From contig NC_042997.1 of NCBI RefSeq assembly GCF_006345805.1, forward strand, positions 197,408,001 to 197,472,000: a DNA stretch of 64,000 nt. The letters run 5' to 3'. This document shows positions 27,186-39,405 of this stretch, in pieces (within the stretch, counting starts at the first letter, position 1; the number at the start of each line of letters is the position of its first letter). The translations under genes were made by a program, and so were the position numbers. The notes beneath the pieces are model-generated. The model saw only the letters and a program-made list of their open reading frames with translations. It was not told where the DNA came from and made no database searches. This DNA is from Octopus sinensis. Its lineage: Eukaryota.

Positions 27186-27560
27186 ATTATACTATAAGGC
27201 TAAGAAAATCAGGAGTTTTTTTTATTTTATTCAGTCACTGATAAAAATTGATGCAGTCAAGTTCAAAATATTTAGCGTTATTTGTTATTAAAAATTCTCA
27301 GCGCGTAAAGCAATTAAACAGACGGTTAAAATATCACAAGATATAGAAATCAATTTTTCTGTAAAAATGATGGAATTTGGAGAAGTGGGAGGGGTGGGAG
27401 GGTGAATTTATTTACGAACAGGAACAGAACAGAACTGATACTGCTTAAAGCTACATACGGAATCAAAACAATAAGGAAAAAAAAACCCCAGAAAATTCAT
27501 TATAATTATCAAATTAAATTTAAACATAAAATACTATAAAATATTTTGTGTAATATGTAG

Positions 27561-27605
<45 letters not shown>

Positions 27606-29029
27606 TTTGAGGTGTGTATGTGTGTGAATGTGTCTATGTTGTTATGGGAGTGGAAGCGTAGAATTAGTGCAATGTTTTTGTTTTGTTTTTTTCTTTAATT
27701 GGAAATTTTTGATTAAAAAGAGAGATTCAAGCAGAGAGATATCGAACTAGATAAGCTGAAAGCATCCAACCAGCTTGCAACTCCGCCACTGTATCCACCG
27801 CGATTCTATCTATATTTACACGCGCGCGCGCGCAAAATAAGTGTGAGTGTGTCAGAGAGAGAGAGATAGAGGCGCGTGGTTTTTTTGGGGTTTTTAAAAG
27901 AATTCATTTAAAATTACAAAATCTCCCGAGAAAAACAACCGAAACCTCGAAAAAAAAAAAAGAACTATGAAAATACCATAGAAAGCAAATAAGCAAACGT
28001 CTCTTTTTAAGTTTATTCCCCAATACAATTATTATATACAATCACCACGAAAACATGGAAGGGAAATTATTAGACGAAAACCACACAGTATGGTTGGTTA
28101 ATCTGTGGGGGGAATTCGCTAGCACGAATACACACTTCTGCACCAATTCAAACGATTTCCCGCTAGTAGTTGTGGCAAAGCTCTCTCTCTCTCAAGCAGA
28201 CAGATAGAAAAGAGTGTGTGTACATAAGCAGCTATGTCGAAATAATTTCTACTATGCCTGTTGCTGCTGTTATATATATAAATATATATATGTTATATAT
28301 ATATTAATTATGCTATAAACATAGATATTATCTTGACTGTTTTATGTAGAACAAAAGGCTACATTGTTTTAAGGGGGCTCCAGATATATTTTTTTGTTGT
28401 TTTGTTTTAATTTGTCTGATACGAAAAAAAAAAAAGAAAAGAAAATATACGAAGAAAAATGAAATTAAATAAAAGACAAAATTATTACTGAAAAAAACCA
28501 AATTAGTAAAAGACGTGGAAGGAAATAAAATTACTATAATGTAGAAATGATTCGGGTTGTTTACATGGTGGAAAGAAAGAAATGGAATTCGAAGAGACGT
28601 GAAAAACGAAGCCAAGGTTACTACAGATCCAAACTATAAGTGAGTGATAGCATTTGCGATTAAGGAGGGAGGAAGACTTGTTAATGGAGCGAGGTGGATA
28701 GCATAGAAATTGATGGTAAGGGTATGAAACGAAAGGCAGGCAATTAAGGGGGCCTTAATGACTGCTCATGAATATATGAATATTATTGGAGTTGCACAAT
28801 TAGCTGTCGAATGTTAATGCAGGGAGGAAATAATGGGCGATTGATTAAAAATAATCCCTGATTAATTAATAAATATATTTGGCGTACTTTAATATTTGAA
28901 ATGTACACGCATATGTAGAGAGGAAGGGAGAGAGGGTGAGCGAAACTTTTGGCCCCTAAATCGTTTATGTAACTTCACAGGCGAATAAAAAATGCATTCT
29001 TATATAGTGAATTATGTCTTGTTTGTTTC

Positions 29030-29760
29030 AAACACACACACACATATATATATAAACACATGCATATATATATATCATACGTACACACAGGCGCGCTCAC
29101 AATGTTTACACAGTCTCTGTATATATAAAATTACACACACACACACACTTATATATATATATATATATATAAGTGTGTACGTATAATATATATATGCATG
29201 TGTTTATTTATATATATATGTGTGTGTGTGTAATTTTATATATACATAAGACAGAGTGTGTAAACATTATCTGAGCGCGCCTGTGTGTGTACGTATAATA
29301 TATATATGCATATATATATATATGTGTGTGTGTAATTTTATATATACAGAGTGTGTAAACATTATGTGAGCGCGCTTGTGTGTGTACGTATAATATATAT
29401 ATATATATATGCATGTGTTTATTTATATATATATATGTGTGTGTGTGTGTGTAATTTTATATATACAGACAGTGTGTTTAAACATTATGTGAGCGCGCCT
29501 GTGTGTGTACGTACAATATATATATATTTATATGTGTGTGTGTGTGTGATTTTATATATACAGAGACAGTGTGTAAACACTATGTGAGCGCGCCTGTGTG
29601 TGTATACGTATAATATATATATATGCATGTGTTTATATATATATATATATATGTGAGTGTGTGTGTGTAATTTTATATACACAGAGTGTGTAAACACTAT
29701 GTGAGCGCGCCTATCTATGTACGTATAATATATACGCATGTGTTTATAGATAGATACATA
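29030..29760. repeat. ~100-120-bp minisatellite (core GTGTGTAAACAYTATGTGAGCGCGCCTGTG) with first unit inverted
   Basis: Inverted unit at about 29075-29150, followed by about 5 direct units. Confidence 0.8.
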
Positions 29761-30690
29761 GATAGATGTTATTGACGCGCTCAAATCTATTGATAATCGT
29801 CTACTTTCGACAGGATGAATGAGGGGGGAAGAAAAAAAACATTTATTTCTAATATAACAAAAAAAAACACACACACAAAAAAAAAACGATAGAAAAAAAA
29901 TAAGAAAACGGTGATCAAGACCGATAACTCTGGCAGTCCAGGATTCAAACGGAGATGATTCATTCCGTTGTTGAATGTTTACAAACTTCACAGTTGAGCT
30001 TAGATTCATTCGGACAGTCGCAGACAAACAAACACACATACACACAAAAAACGTTTAGTTTAGGTCTTCCAACAAACGCATCTTGTGAATTCACCTCGTA
30101 GATTTCTTTAAAATATACGCCAAAAATAAAAGGGGGGACATTTTTTTGAATGATAAATGGGTATTACAGAATGTAAGATTTAGAATAAGGTTAACAAATG
30201 TAACCCAGCAAATAAAAGATAGATTTCTTTTCTTTTTTTTAATCAATGATAAAAAAAAATGAATTAGTTTTAAGCGCGGCTTCCTTTGCCTATGTCAAGC
30301 AAGGCGTTTGTTTTTGTATGTTTGAAGTTGCAAGTAGAAAAAAATTGGGTGTCAATGTTTACGAATCTTTATTTTATTTACAGTAAATTTGTTTATGCTT
30401 TATGCATAAATGGCAGAGCATTATATATATATATATATATTAAAATATTGCTTATTATATTCACATGTAAATCTGCAAATGTTAGAATCTAAGCTTCTCT
30501 AGAAAAGCCCGGCAAAATGAATTCTATATACATAAATATGTATATATATATAAATATATATATACATATATATATATATTCACCCATACATGTATCATAT
30601 ATATACACACACAAACATATATATGTGTGTGTGTGCATATATATATATGTGCATACATATATGTGTGTGCATACATATATATACATAAAT

Positions 30691-30738
<48 letters not shown>

Positions 30739-31828
30739 AATTTTATATATACAGACAGTGTGTTTAAACATTATGTGAGCGCGCCTGTGTGTGTACGTAC
30801 AATATATATATATTTATATGTGTGTGTGTGTGTGTGATTTTATATATACAGAGACAGTGTGTAAACACTATGTGAGCGCGCCTGTGTGTGTATACGTATA
30901 ATATATATATATATGCATGTGTTTATATATATATATATATATGTGAGTGTGTGTGTGTAATTTTATATACACAGAGTGTGTAAACACTATGTGAGCGCGC
31001 CTATCTATGTACGTATAATATATACGCATGTGTTTATAGATAGATACATAGATAGATGTTATTGACGCGCTCAAATCTATTGATAATCGTCTACTTTCGA
31101 CAGGATGAATGAGGGGGGAAGAAAAAAAACATTTATTTCTAATATAACAAAAAAAAAACACACACAAAAAAAAAAACGATAGAAAAAAAATAAGAAAACG
31201 GTGATCAAGACCGATAACTCTGGCAGTCCAGGATTCAAACGGAGATGATTCATTCCGTTGTTGAATGTTTACAAACTTCACAGTTGAGCTTAGATTCATT
31301 CGGACAGTCGCAGACAAACAAACACACATACACACAAAAAAACGTTTAGTTTAGGTCTTCCAACAAACGCATCTTGTGAATTCACCTCGTAGATTTCTTT
31401 AAAATATACGCCAAAAATAAAAGGGGGGACATTTTTTTGAATGATAAATGGGTATTACAGAATGTAAGATTTAGAATAAGGTTAACAAATGTAACCCAGC
31501 AAATAAAAGATAGATTTCTTTTCTTTTTTTTAATCAATGATAAAAAAAAATGAATTAGTTTTAAGCGCGGCTTCCTTGCCTATGTCAAGCAAGGCGTTTG
31601 TTTTTGTATGTTTGAAGTTGCAAGTAGAAAAAAATTGAGTGTCAATGTTTACGAATCTTTATTTTATTTACAGTAAATTTGTTTATGCTTTATGCATAAA
31701 TGGCAGAGCATTATATATATATATATATTAAAATATTGCTTATTATATTCACATGTAAATCTGCAAATGTTAGAATCTAAGCTTCTCTAGAAAAGCCCGG
31801 CAAAATGAATTCTATATACATAAATATG

Positions 31829-31873
<45 letters not shown>

Positions 31874-31978
31874 CCATACATGTATCATATATACACACAC
31901 AAACATATATATGTGTGTGTGTGCATATATATATATGTGCATACATATATGTGTGTGCATACATATATATACATAAAT

Positions 31979-32010
<32 letters not shown>
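29430..32010. repeat. Tandem duplication, unit about 1.29 kb
   Basis: Offsets of 1286-1290 bp between matching anchors. Differences are mostly homopolymer or microsatellite length. Confidence 0.9.
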
Positions 32011-32011
<1 letters not shown>

Positions 32012-32161
32012 GATAGATAGATAGATAGATAATACCTACATAAAGTTGTTTATCGGATTATAGCTATCATTTTTATTGTGAAGCTAGGTGTAGTAAGCAA
32101 AACTCATATGTATATATACGTATATGCACATATATATATGTGTGTGTGTAAATATACACAC

Positions 32162-32192
<31 letters not shown>

Positions 32193-32372
32193 AAGGGAGA
32201 TGGATATATGTAGATTTCATAATTCGAGGGTTTAACAAAACGTAGGCAAAGAAGGGAGAGAAAGAGAGAAACATGTTAAAACAACGAGTAACAAAACAAA
32301 CGACAGACAAAAGTAGCTGCCTTTTCATAAACGACATATGCAAGGGCAGAATGCAAGCGCAAGCAAACTTAC

Positions 32373-32510
32373 TGCTTTTAGTCTATCTACAAGTTGAGGT
32401 TTGCTGCCACCCTTGGGAAGGCCTCGTTTGTCCAGTTCTCTTTTAAGATCTATAACCCGGAGGTCATCAACTGGTTTGCCATCCAAATGAATCTCTTCAT
32501 CGTCCGCCAT
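32373..32510 (-). CDS. ACIN1: Acinus (apoptotic chromatin condensation inducer) coding exon 1, SAP domain
   Basis: 46 codons, MADDEEIHLDGKPVDDLRVIDLKRELDKRGLPKGGSKPQLVDRLKA, closely matching the ACIN1 N-terminal SAP domain (recalled human sequence [46 protein letters not shown]). AAAAATGGCG start context. Phase-0 donor GTAAGT begins at 32372, so the ORF-track tail after LKA is intronic. Confidence 0.9.
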
Positions 32511-32600
32511 TTTTGTTTAATCTTCAGCTTTCGGAAACATTCGGTAGTTTCCGTAACATCAACAGTACCTAAAGCCGTCGCTAACGCCCACAAATTAATC
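32500..32600 (-). promoter_or_regulatory. ACIN1 core promoter / 5'UTR
   Basis: CpG-containing, repeat-free segment. YY1-like AAAATGGCGG overlaps the ATG, and ETS-like CGGAAA/TTCCG motifs lie just upstream. Confidence 0.5.
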
Positions 32601-32633
32601 GTAACAAACAAATAAATCAACCAAAACAATTCT

Positions 32634-32691
<58 letters not shown>

Positions 32692-33460
32692 TATGTATAT
32701 GTATGTATATATATATGTATATTTATGTATGTATGTATATAAAGCTATTTAATATTAAGGTAATTTCAGTGCTTGAAAATTTATTAAAAAAAAAAAATAT
32801 TTTAGATTATTTATTTTTTGGGGGGTGGTATAATTAATTTTTATAAAGATTAAATAATAAACAATTTAGTTTATTTCTTTTCTAATTAAGATTTTTTTTT
32901 TTTTTTTTGAGGGGTGGCTTTTGTATTTTCCTCCTCCAGAAAAGTACTTAAAAAAACCTGAAAGACATACAATGCGGTGAAACGAAAATCTCAAAATAGA
33001 ACAAATTAAATGGATCTTTTAAAAAATAATAATAATAATAATAATAATAACAAGCGTCAAAATTGTCAATGGTTTTTATTGACTGTAGATTTTTACAAAG
33101 AAACAAATAATACAAAGTCATTTTTTTCCCCATTCATTTCCACATCTTTTAAATAAACATTGAATATAATATATGTATATATTTATATACACACATATAT
33201 ATATATGTATATATTCCCGTTATATCAGTATGAAAAGAGCAAGAAATAAATGTAAACGATTTAGTAATAATGTTTAAAGCTTGTTAAACAATTGCTTCGA
33301 CGTCTATTTTCTTACAAAGATAAGAAGAGAGTTCGTTTTAATTAGTAAAAATATCGAATGATAGACATAAAGTGAAATTTAGTGACGCTAGGAATTCTTA
33401 CCAAATGGACTGGAAATCGATTGATAAAAAAACGATTTACACAAAAAAAATACACATTAA

Positions 33461-33493
33461 TTCCCAGAATGCGTTGCACATGTTATGACGTCA
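33461..33493. promoter_or_regulatory. ZNF143/Staf-like site plus CRE
   Basis: TTCCCAGAATGCGTTGC at 33461-33477 and palindromic TGACGTCA at 33486-33493. Confidence 0.4.
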
Positions 33494-34031
33494 ACCTGGA
33501 TATAATTTCGGGTTTTAGTTTAAATTGCTGGTCTTTTTCTTAACATTATTTGCTTCTGCTTTAAAATATCATAGAAGACTTGAGACTATTTCACTTGCAT
33601 AATATCCATATGTGAGTGCCATAAATGTATTTTCATTTATTATTTAAGTCAAGAGCGGAAAGACTTTGGCAGAATCAGTAAGACAGCAGACGAATAATCA
33701 CTTGATTGCGTCCCTTTAAGTTATAAGTTCAAATCCTGCGCTCGACTTACCTTCTTCCCATTATTGCGGAAAGGTATTTCAACGTGACCATTTTACTGTC
33801 TACCTTTTTTTTTTCTCTTTTCCTCAGCTATAGTATATCTTGGACTACTTTATTTAATGTAAGGTGTAATTTAAATGACATAGCTTCGGGTTCACGTTAC
33901 AAGGATAGGGGAAAGTTTTTGGTACAACGAGAAATTGCAACTTCTTACAAGCTGTGGTTGTGCATCTGTACTAAGAAAACTTTAATTTTACAAATTCATA
34001 ATATGCACTTTATGTATTTGGGTCTTCATTA

Positions 34032-34181
34032 ACTTGCTTACCAACCACATGGTTCCGGGTTCAGTCCCACTGCGTGGCACCTTAGACAGGTGTCTTCTAC
34101 TATGACCTATGGCCGACCAAAGCCTTGTGAGTGGATTTGGTAGACGGAAACTGAAAGAAGCCCATCGTATATATGTGTATG

Positions 34182-34273
<92 letters not shown>

Positions 34274-35259
34274 ATGTATTTGTGTGTCTGTGTTTGTCCT
34301 TCCCAACATCGCTTGACAACCGATGCTGGTGTGTTTACGTCTCTGTAACTTAGCGGTGCGGCAAAAGAGACCGATGGAATAAGTACTAGGCTTCCAAAGA
34401 ATAAGTCTTGGGGTCGATTTGCTCGACTAAAGGCGGTGCTCCAGCATAGCCGCAATCAAATGACTGAAACAAGTAAAAGAGTAAAAGAGTATGAACCCAA
34501 ATTTATGTATTTGGGTTTTCATAAAAAGTTTCCATGATCATAATGGCGCTGCTCCAGCATGGCCACAGTCATTGGACTGAAACATATAAAAGAAAAGAAT
34601 ATGGCTTTTCTTTTTTTTTTTTAGATAATTTATCGGTGCGTAAGTTCAAATTTGACTGAAGGTGAAGGGTACCCACACTCTTAATGTCAAAGTTCCCTTG
34701 TTGGTTTAATCTGATAAGTACCCGCTGAGGACTAATATCGCCACAAAATTAATGAGTCTATAAATTAATAAGAGGTGGTGGGAGCACTATCACCATAATG
34801 CGCTGGAGCTTGTGTTTATTTATTGATAGCAAGTCATGATATTTACTCTTTTACTTGTTTCAGTCATTTGACTGTGGCCATGCTGCAGCACCGCCTTTAG
34901 TTGAGCAAATTGACTCCAGGACTTATTCTTTGTAAGCCTAGTACTTATTCCATTGGGTCTCTTTTGCCGAACCACTAAGTTACGGGAACGTAAACACACC
35001 AACATCGGTTGTCAACCGATGTTGGGGGGGGGGGGACAAACACAGTCACAGAAACATATACACACGCATACATGTATATGTGCATATACATATACACGAC
35101 GGGCTTCTTTCAGTTTCCGTCTACCAAATCCACTCACAAGGCTTTGGTTGGCCCGAGGTTATAGTAGAAGGACACTTGCCTCAGGTGCCACGCAGTGGGA
35201 CTGAACCCGGGACCATGTGGTTGGTAAGCAAGCTACTTACCACACAGCCACTCCTGCGC
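34032..35259. mobile_element. Inverted pair of family A SINEs (plus 34032-34489; minus 34846-35259)
   Basis: Family A bodies in convergent orientation about 350 bp apart. Confidence 0.88.
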
Positions 35260-35261
35260 AT

Positions 35262-35367
35262 AAAAATATATGGAACGCTTCACAAATTTGCGTGTCGTCC
35301 TTGAGCAGGGGCCATGCTAATCTCTGTATCGTTCCAATTTTAGAATATGTACCGTCGTAGCTAGTAC
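35262..35367 (-). ncRNA. RNU6: U6 snRNA variant / probable pseudogene
   Basis: Minus strand reads GTACTAGCTACGACGGTACATATTCTAAAATTGGAACGATACAGAGATTAGCATGGCCCCTGCTCAAGGACGACACGCAAATTTGTGAAGCGTTCCATATATTTTT. It is full-length U6 with the ACAGAGA box, AGC triad and T5 terminator, but with a 3-nt deletion after ACAGAGA and several substitutions. Confidence 0.92.
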
Positions 35368-35556
35368 ATATTAGCATTGAATCCCTAGGCTCGTAGACGG
35401 CCACAGGCAACTGCCTGGTGCGCCCAAGCCTTATGCTTTGTGACAGCAGTGGGAGCACTCACTGAACAACTTATTCAAAGTGTGCAGGGCGTAAAAATAT
35501 AAGCGGAATGAAAATTCTACAGTCACGAAAACTAGAGAGGAATGCTAGGGCTAGAC

Positions 35557-35630
35557 GAAATGATAGTTGTAAGCAAATTCACATGTTCTGTTTATACAGA
35601 ACTTGTGAATTTGCTTACGACTATCATTTC
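35557..35630. repeat. 74-nt near-perfect hairpin
   Basis: GAAATGATAGTTGTAAGCAAATTCACATGTTCTG-TTTATA-CAGAACTTGTGAATTTGCTTACGACTATCATTTC, with one G.U pair and one mismatch. Confidence 0.85.
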
Positions 35631-36112
35631 ATTTTCGCTCTTTAACTAAATGAGAAATGTCAATTGAGAATTAATTTGATGAACGAAAAAAAGTCCTCAA
35701 TTATTTAAACAAGTTTATCTAATTCTATGCCATTGGGTCATATAAGTTATTTCCGTTTTTTTTTTTTTGACTATGCAAATTATTACTGGCTAAAAATTTT
35801 CATAACTCCTTTTCTTTGTGCAAAATCTTCTGCAAATAGCTCAAGCTAGGCTTTAGTAGACTATGCTGTACTGACGAGGTCACATAATATTGAAACATGC
35901 TCGTAGTTACCTTGCTTGCAAGCAATGATGAAATTCTTTTCTCCTGAACATATAAATCAATTTTGTGAGCTTGATTCTTAATTTTTGTAAATTATCTTGC
36001 CTCCTCTTTAATTGTGGTTCTAATGTTTTTCTTCTCCCACTTCGAGGGAAACTTCATTTTGTTGAGAATTTTTTAATGCATATCATTCGTCACATCGTCC
36101 CTAAATTGATTA

Positions 36113-36521
36113 GGATCTTTTCGGTTTGAACAGCAGTTTTTTCTAGCGGTGTCATATGAAATTGTCACCCATAATTATGACCCTAGTATCGATCTATCGC
36201 ATTTCAAAACGTTTTAGGGTTAGGGTGAGGGGAAGGGTATCTTTTTTTCTTCACAATGTAAATAAACCCAATCTGTTTCTTAAACGAGGGACATATTCAT
36301 ACGGCACAGAATGTTTTTTACCTCAATAGACATCACTGATTGGTTGAAATTGCAGAAATTGAAGTAAAAAAACAACGAATATCTTACAAACTATAGAATT
36401 TTCTTAATAAAGCCAAGAGAAAAAGATGTTTTAAAAACACATTCTACCAGTATACGAAGTTTAAAATTTTTTAGTTACCTAGAAATTATGTTAAAAACTG
36501 CCGTTCAAACCGAAAAGATCC
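36113..36521. mobile_element. MITE with GGATCTTTTCGGTTTGAAC TIRs
   Basis: About 28-bp TIRs; flanks ATTGATTA / ATTGATTG (8-bp TSD, 1 mismatch); sister copy at 53833-54332. Confidence 0.85.
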
Positions 36522-36759
36522 ATTGATTGTCCTCCTATTTCACAAAAAAAGTAAACATTTTCGAAAATAGAGAGAAAAGAAAAAATAAAAGTATACACAC
36601 AATTAGACATTGCTCATGGAAAAGAAAAGACAAGGAAAAGAATCATCGTGTCTGTGAACCAGTGGTTGCATGTTTTACATTGAACCTTTACCATAAAGCC
36701 ATACTTTGCCTTCTCGATCTGTGGTGCGTTTTTCCACCAAATTAGTGCCGTAACCATGG

Positions 36760-37470
36760 AAAACACATAGAGCGTGTTCTCTTCAAATCAATGCGTTTGA
36801 AATGTGGGTATACGAGTCTCTTACGAGGATCATCGGAGAAATGAATGGGTGTTACAAGAAGTGAAAAACGACAAGATCTGGACATTGTGGAAATGCAAAA
36901 GCTCATCTATTGCGGCCATATTCAAAGGCACAGAGGTTTGGAAAACCATCTTCATAGAAGGAAGAGCAGAGGCTAGTAGATCAAGAGGCAAGCAAAGAAT
37001 GCAATAGGTGGACAATATCAAGAGCTGGTTGGACAAGAGTGACAAAACAGCTGGAGAACTCTCGCTCAACCGAGAAGATTTCTGTTTCAATGTCAATCAA
37101 TGTGCTGCAGACATCATCATCATCATCATCATCGTTTAACATCCGTCTTCCATGCTAGCATGGGTTGGACGGTTCAACTGGGATCTGGGAAGCCAGTAGG
37201 CTGCACCAGACTCCAGTCTTATCTGGCAATGTTTCTACAGCTGGATGCCCTTCCTAACGCCAACCACTCCGTGAGTGTAGTGGGTGCTTTTTACGTGCCA
37301 CCTGCACAGAGACCAGACGAGGCTGGCAATGGCCACGATCGGATGGTACTTTTTACGTGCCACCGGCACGGAGGCCAGTCAGGGCAGCGCTTGCTACAGC
37401 CATGTTCAGATGGTTCTCTTATGTGCCACCAGCACTGGTATCACAGCTACAAATTCCATTGATGTTGATC
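36760..37470. mobile_element. RTE/BovB-like C-terminal fragment (plus, about 36760-37090) and RTE tail (minus, 37113-37470)
   Basis: AFEMWV..RVSYEDHRRNEWVLQEV...IEGRAEASRSRGKQR...DNIKSW. Confidence 0.7.
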
Positions 37471-38094
37471 GATTACGATGGAAAACAAGATGGGCCACAA
37501 TTACGCTGTTTTTTAAACCACATTCAGACCCAGATTTTAGACAAATTCTGGTCAACCACGGACATATATATGACAACATCATCCATAGTATGGATGCTGT
37601 TTCACTCACTTGAGAAGAACTCTCCCACTTTCTCTCATTCCCTATGCCCAAGAATTCACTGCCATAAAAATCAAAATAAGAAAATAGACAAGGCGTGGCT
37701 GTTTGATAAGAAGTTTCCTTCCCAACCAAATGGTTTCAGGTTCAGTTGCTGCATGGCTCCTTGAGCATGTTTCTTTTGCTGTAGGCTCGGGCCAACCAAG
37801 TGTGTCTGTAGCAGAAAGGCACCCATCGTCTACACACATATTTGTATATATCTATGTTCATGTATCTTTGTGTTTGCACCCACACAACTGTTTGTTTGTT
37901 TATGTCCCTACATCTTAGTGGTTTAGCAAAAAAGAGACTGATAAAATAAGTATTAGAGTTGATTTGTTCAGTTAAAAACCCTTTGGTACTTTTTGGTTAT
38001 AACATTTCCATTAAAAAAATTGCCATTAAAAAATTGGGTTATCTTTCCAATTCTTTTCTTATTTTTCTTTGTATTGGGGACCCCTTTTGGTCAT

Positions 38095-38410
38095 GAATAA
38101 CCATGGGATTTGCACCTAGAAAATTACCCTCCCAGGCACAAGTCTAGGCAAGGTTGTTTATGGAAGGCCAGCAGTCGCCCATGAATACCGGTCTCCCCTC
38201 TCCACGCCAACGGTGTTATCCAAGGGAAAGGCAACAGCCAATATAGCTTGGCACCAGTGACATTGCAACCCATTTCTACAGCTGAGTGAACTGGAACAAG
38301 GTGAAATAAAGTGTCTTGCTCAAGAACACCATGCAGCACGGTCCAGGACTCGAACTCACAACCTCATGGTCATAAGTTCGATGCTCTAACCACTGAGCCA
38401 TGCACCTTTT
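38095..38410 (-). mobile_element. tRNA-derived SINE family C
   Basis: Minus-strand head GGTGCATGGCTCAGTGGTTAGAGC...GAGTTCGAGTCC followed by TTGAGCAAGACACTT...CAGCTGTAGAAATGGGT. Confidence 0.75.
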
Positions 38411-38838
38411 CTTTGTATATACATAACATTATATACAACCTTGTAGGGGTGTATATTCAAAAAACCATACACAAGATGGATACCTACTAAATATTTTTCT
38501 TTCAAAGTGCCTCAAAGATGCATATAAAAACTTGACTGTAGTCCCTTGCAAAATGATTAAACAACATTTCTCTCAAAATGTTCGATGATAAGATTGCCGA
38601 AATCATTGCTCTACCCTGGTGAAATTAAGAAATCAACTCATAAGTGAACGAAACCCCCTAATCCACCACTGTACACACACACACACACACAGAGTAGCAT
38701 CTCCATGTATTTATGTTTGAAGATAATCAATTTAAAATTAATTGAAAGAAACACAAATCATCTCAACAGAAATATGGTAACAAAAGGGTTAAAAGCGAAT
38801 TTCCTGTATAAAACAACCACATATTATTTTCAGTATTT

Positions 38839-39150
38839 TAATAATAATAATAATGAAATTATTGTATACAGTGCTCAGGTGCACCACAACTTGTCAGAAA
38901 GTGCATATAAAGTATATGCAGTAATGTAGAAATGTCTGGAAAGCGAACAATGTATGAGTCAGACACATGCTTGTGTGTGTATGGAGGGGAGAAAATCAAG
39001 TGTGGTGTTGGCGAATCTCAGGAAGCATGGAAGTTTTGAAGGATGCAGTGCTCCGACAACTAACAACTGATGCCGGCAGTTTGTTCCATGCTTCAGCAAC
39101 TCTCAGCATGAAAAAATGTTTCCTGAAGTCATGGGAGCTGTGCTGTTTTC
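38839..39150 (-). mobile_element. CR1-clade LINE 3' end
   Basis: Reverse complement of about 8510-8818. Confidence 0.8.
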
Positions 39151-39405
39151 TTACTCAAACATTTTTCCATCCACTCTACATGTGGACCCAAAGAGTACTT
39201 TAAACAATTGAGCAAAAGCATAGCACTATTCTTCTACAATATATTTTATGTAAATCTCAACTTTCTTATTCATGTTACAATTTGAAAACATTTTATTTTT
39301 CTATAACTGTATTACAATCCATAACCTTTATAAGTATATGTGCTGTTTGACTACCATATTTTCTAGCATCACTTACACTGGAAGAGTTCCATAACCTGGA
39401 AGCAC
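39150..39405 (-). pseudogene. Paralogous gene-like segment, copy 1 (micro-exon 39377-39395)
   Basis: Homologous to 60690-61295; TTCCAG|19 nt|GTAAGT. Confidence 0.5.

Noticed and set aside
25365-27241. Very long ORFs (247-535 aa) on both strands
   Set aside because: They are translations of a TA/CA/TG microsatellite that lacks stop codons (Y/I/H/T/M/C/V only).
32325-32372. ORF-track extension VSLLALAFCPCICRL of the SAP ORF
   Set aside because: It lies after a canonical GTAAGT donor and is intron read-through.
35869-35905. CTGACGA...GAAAC hammerhead-like words
   Set aside because: Stem II pairs poorly and there is no proper stem III or NUH site.
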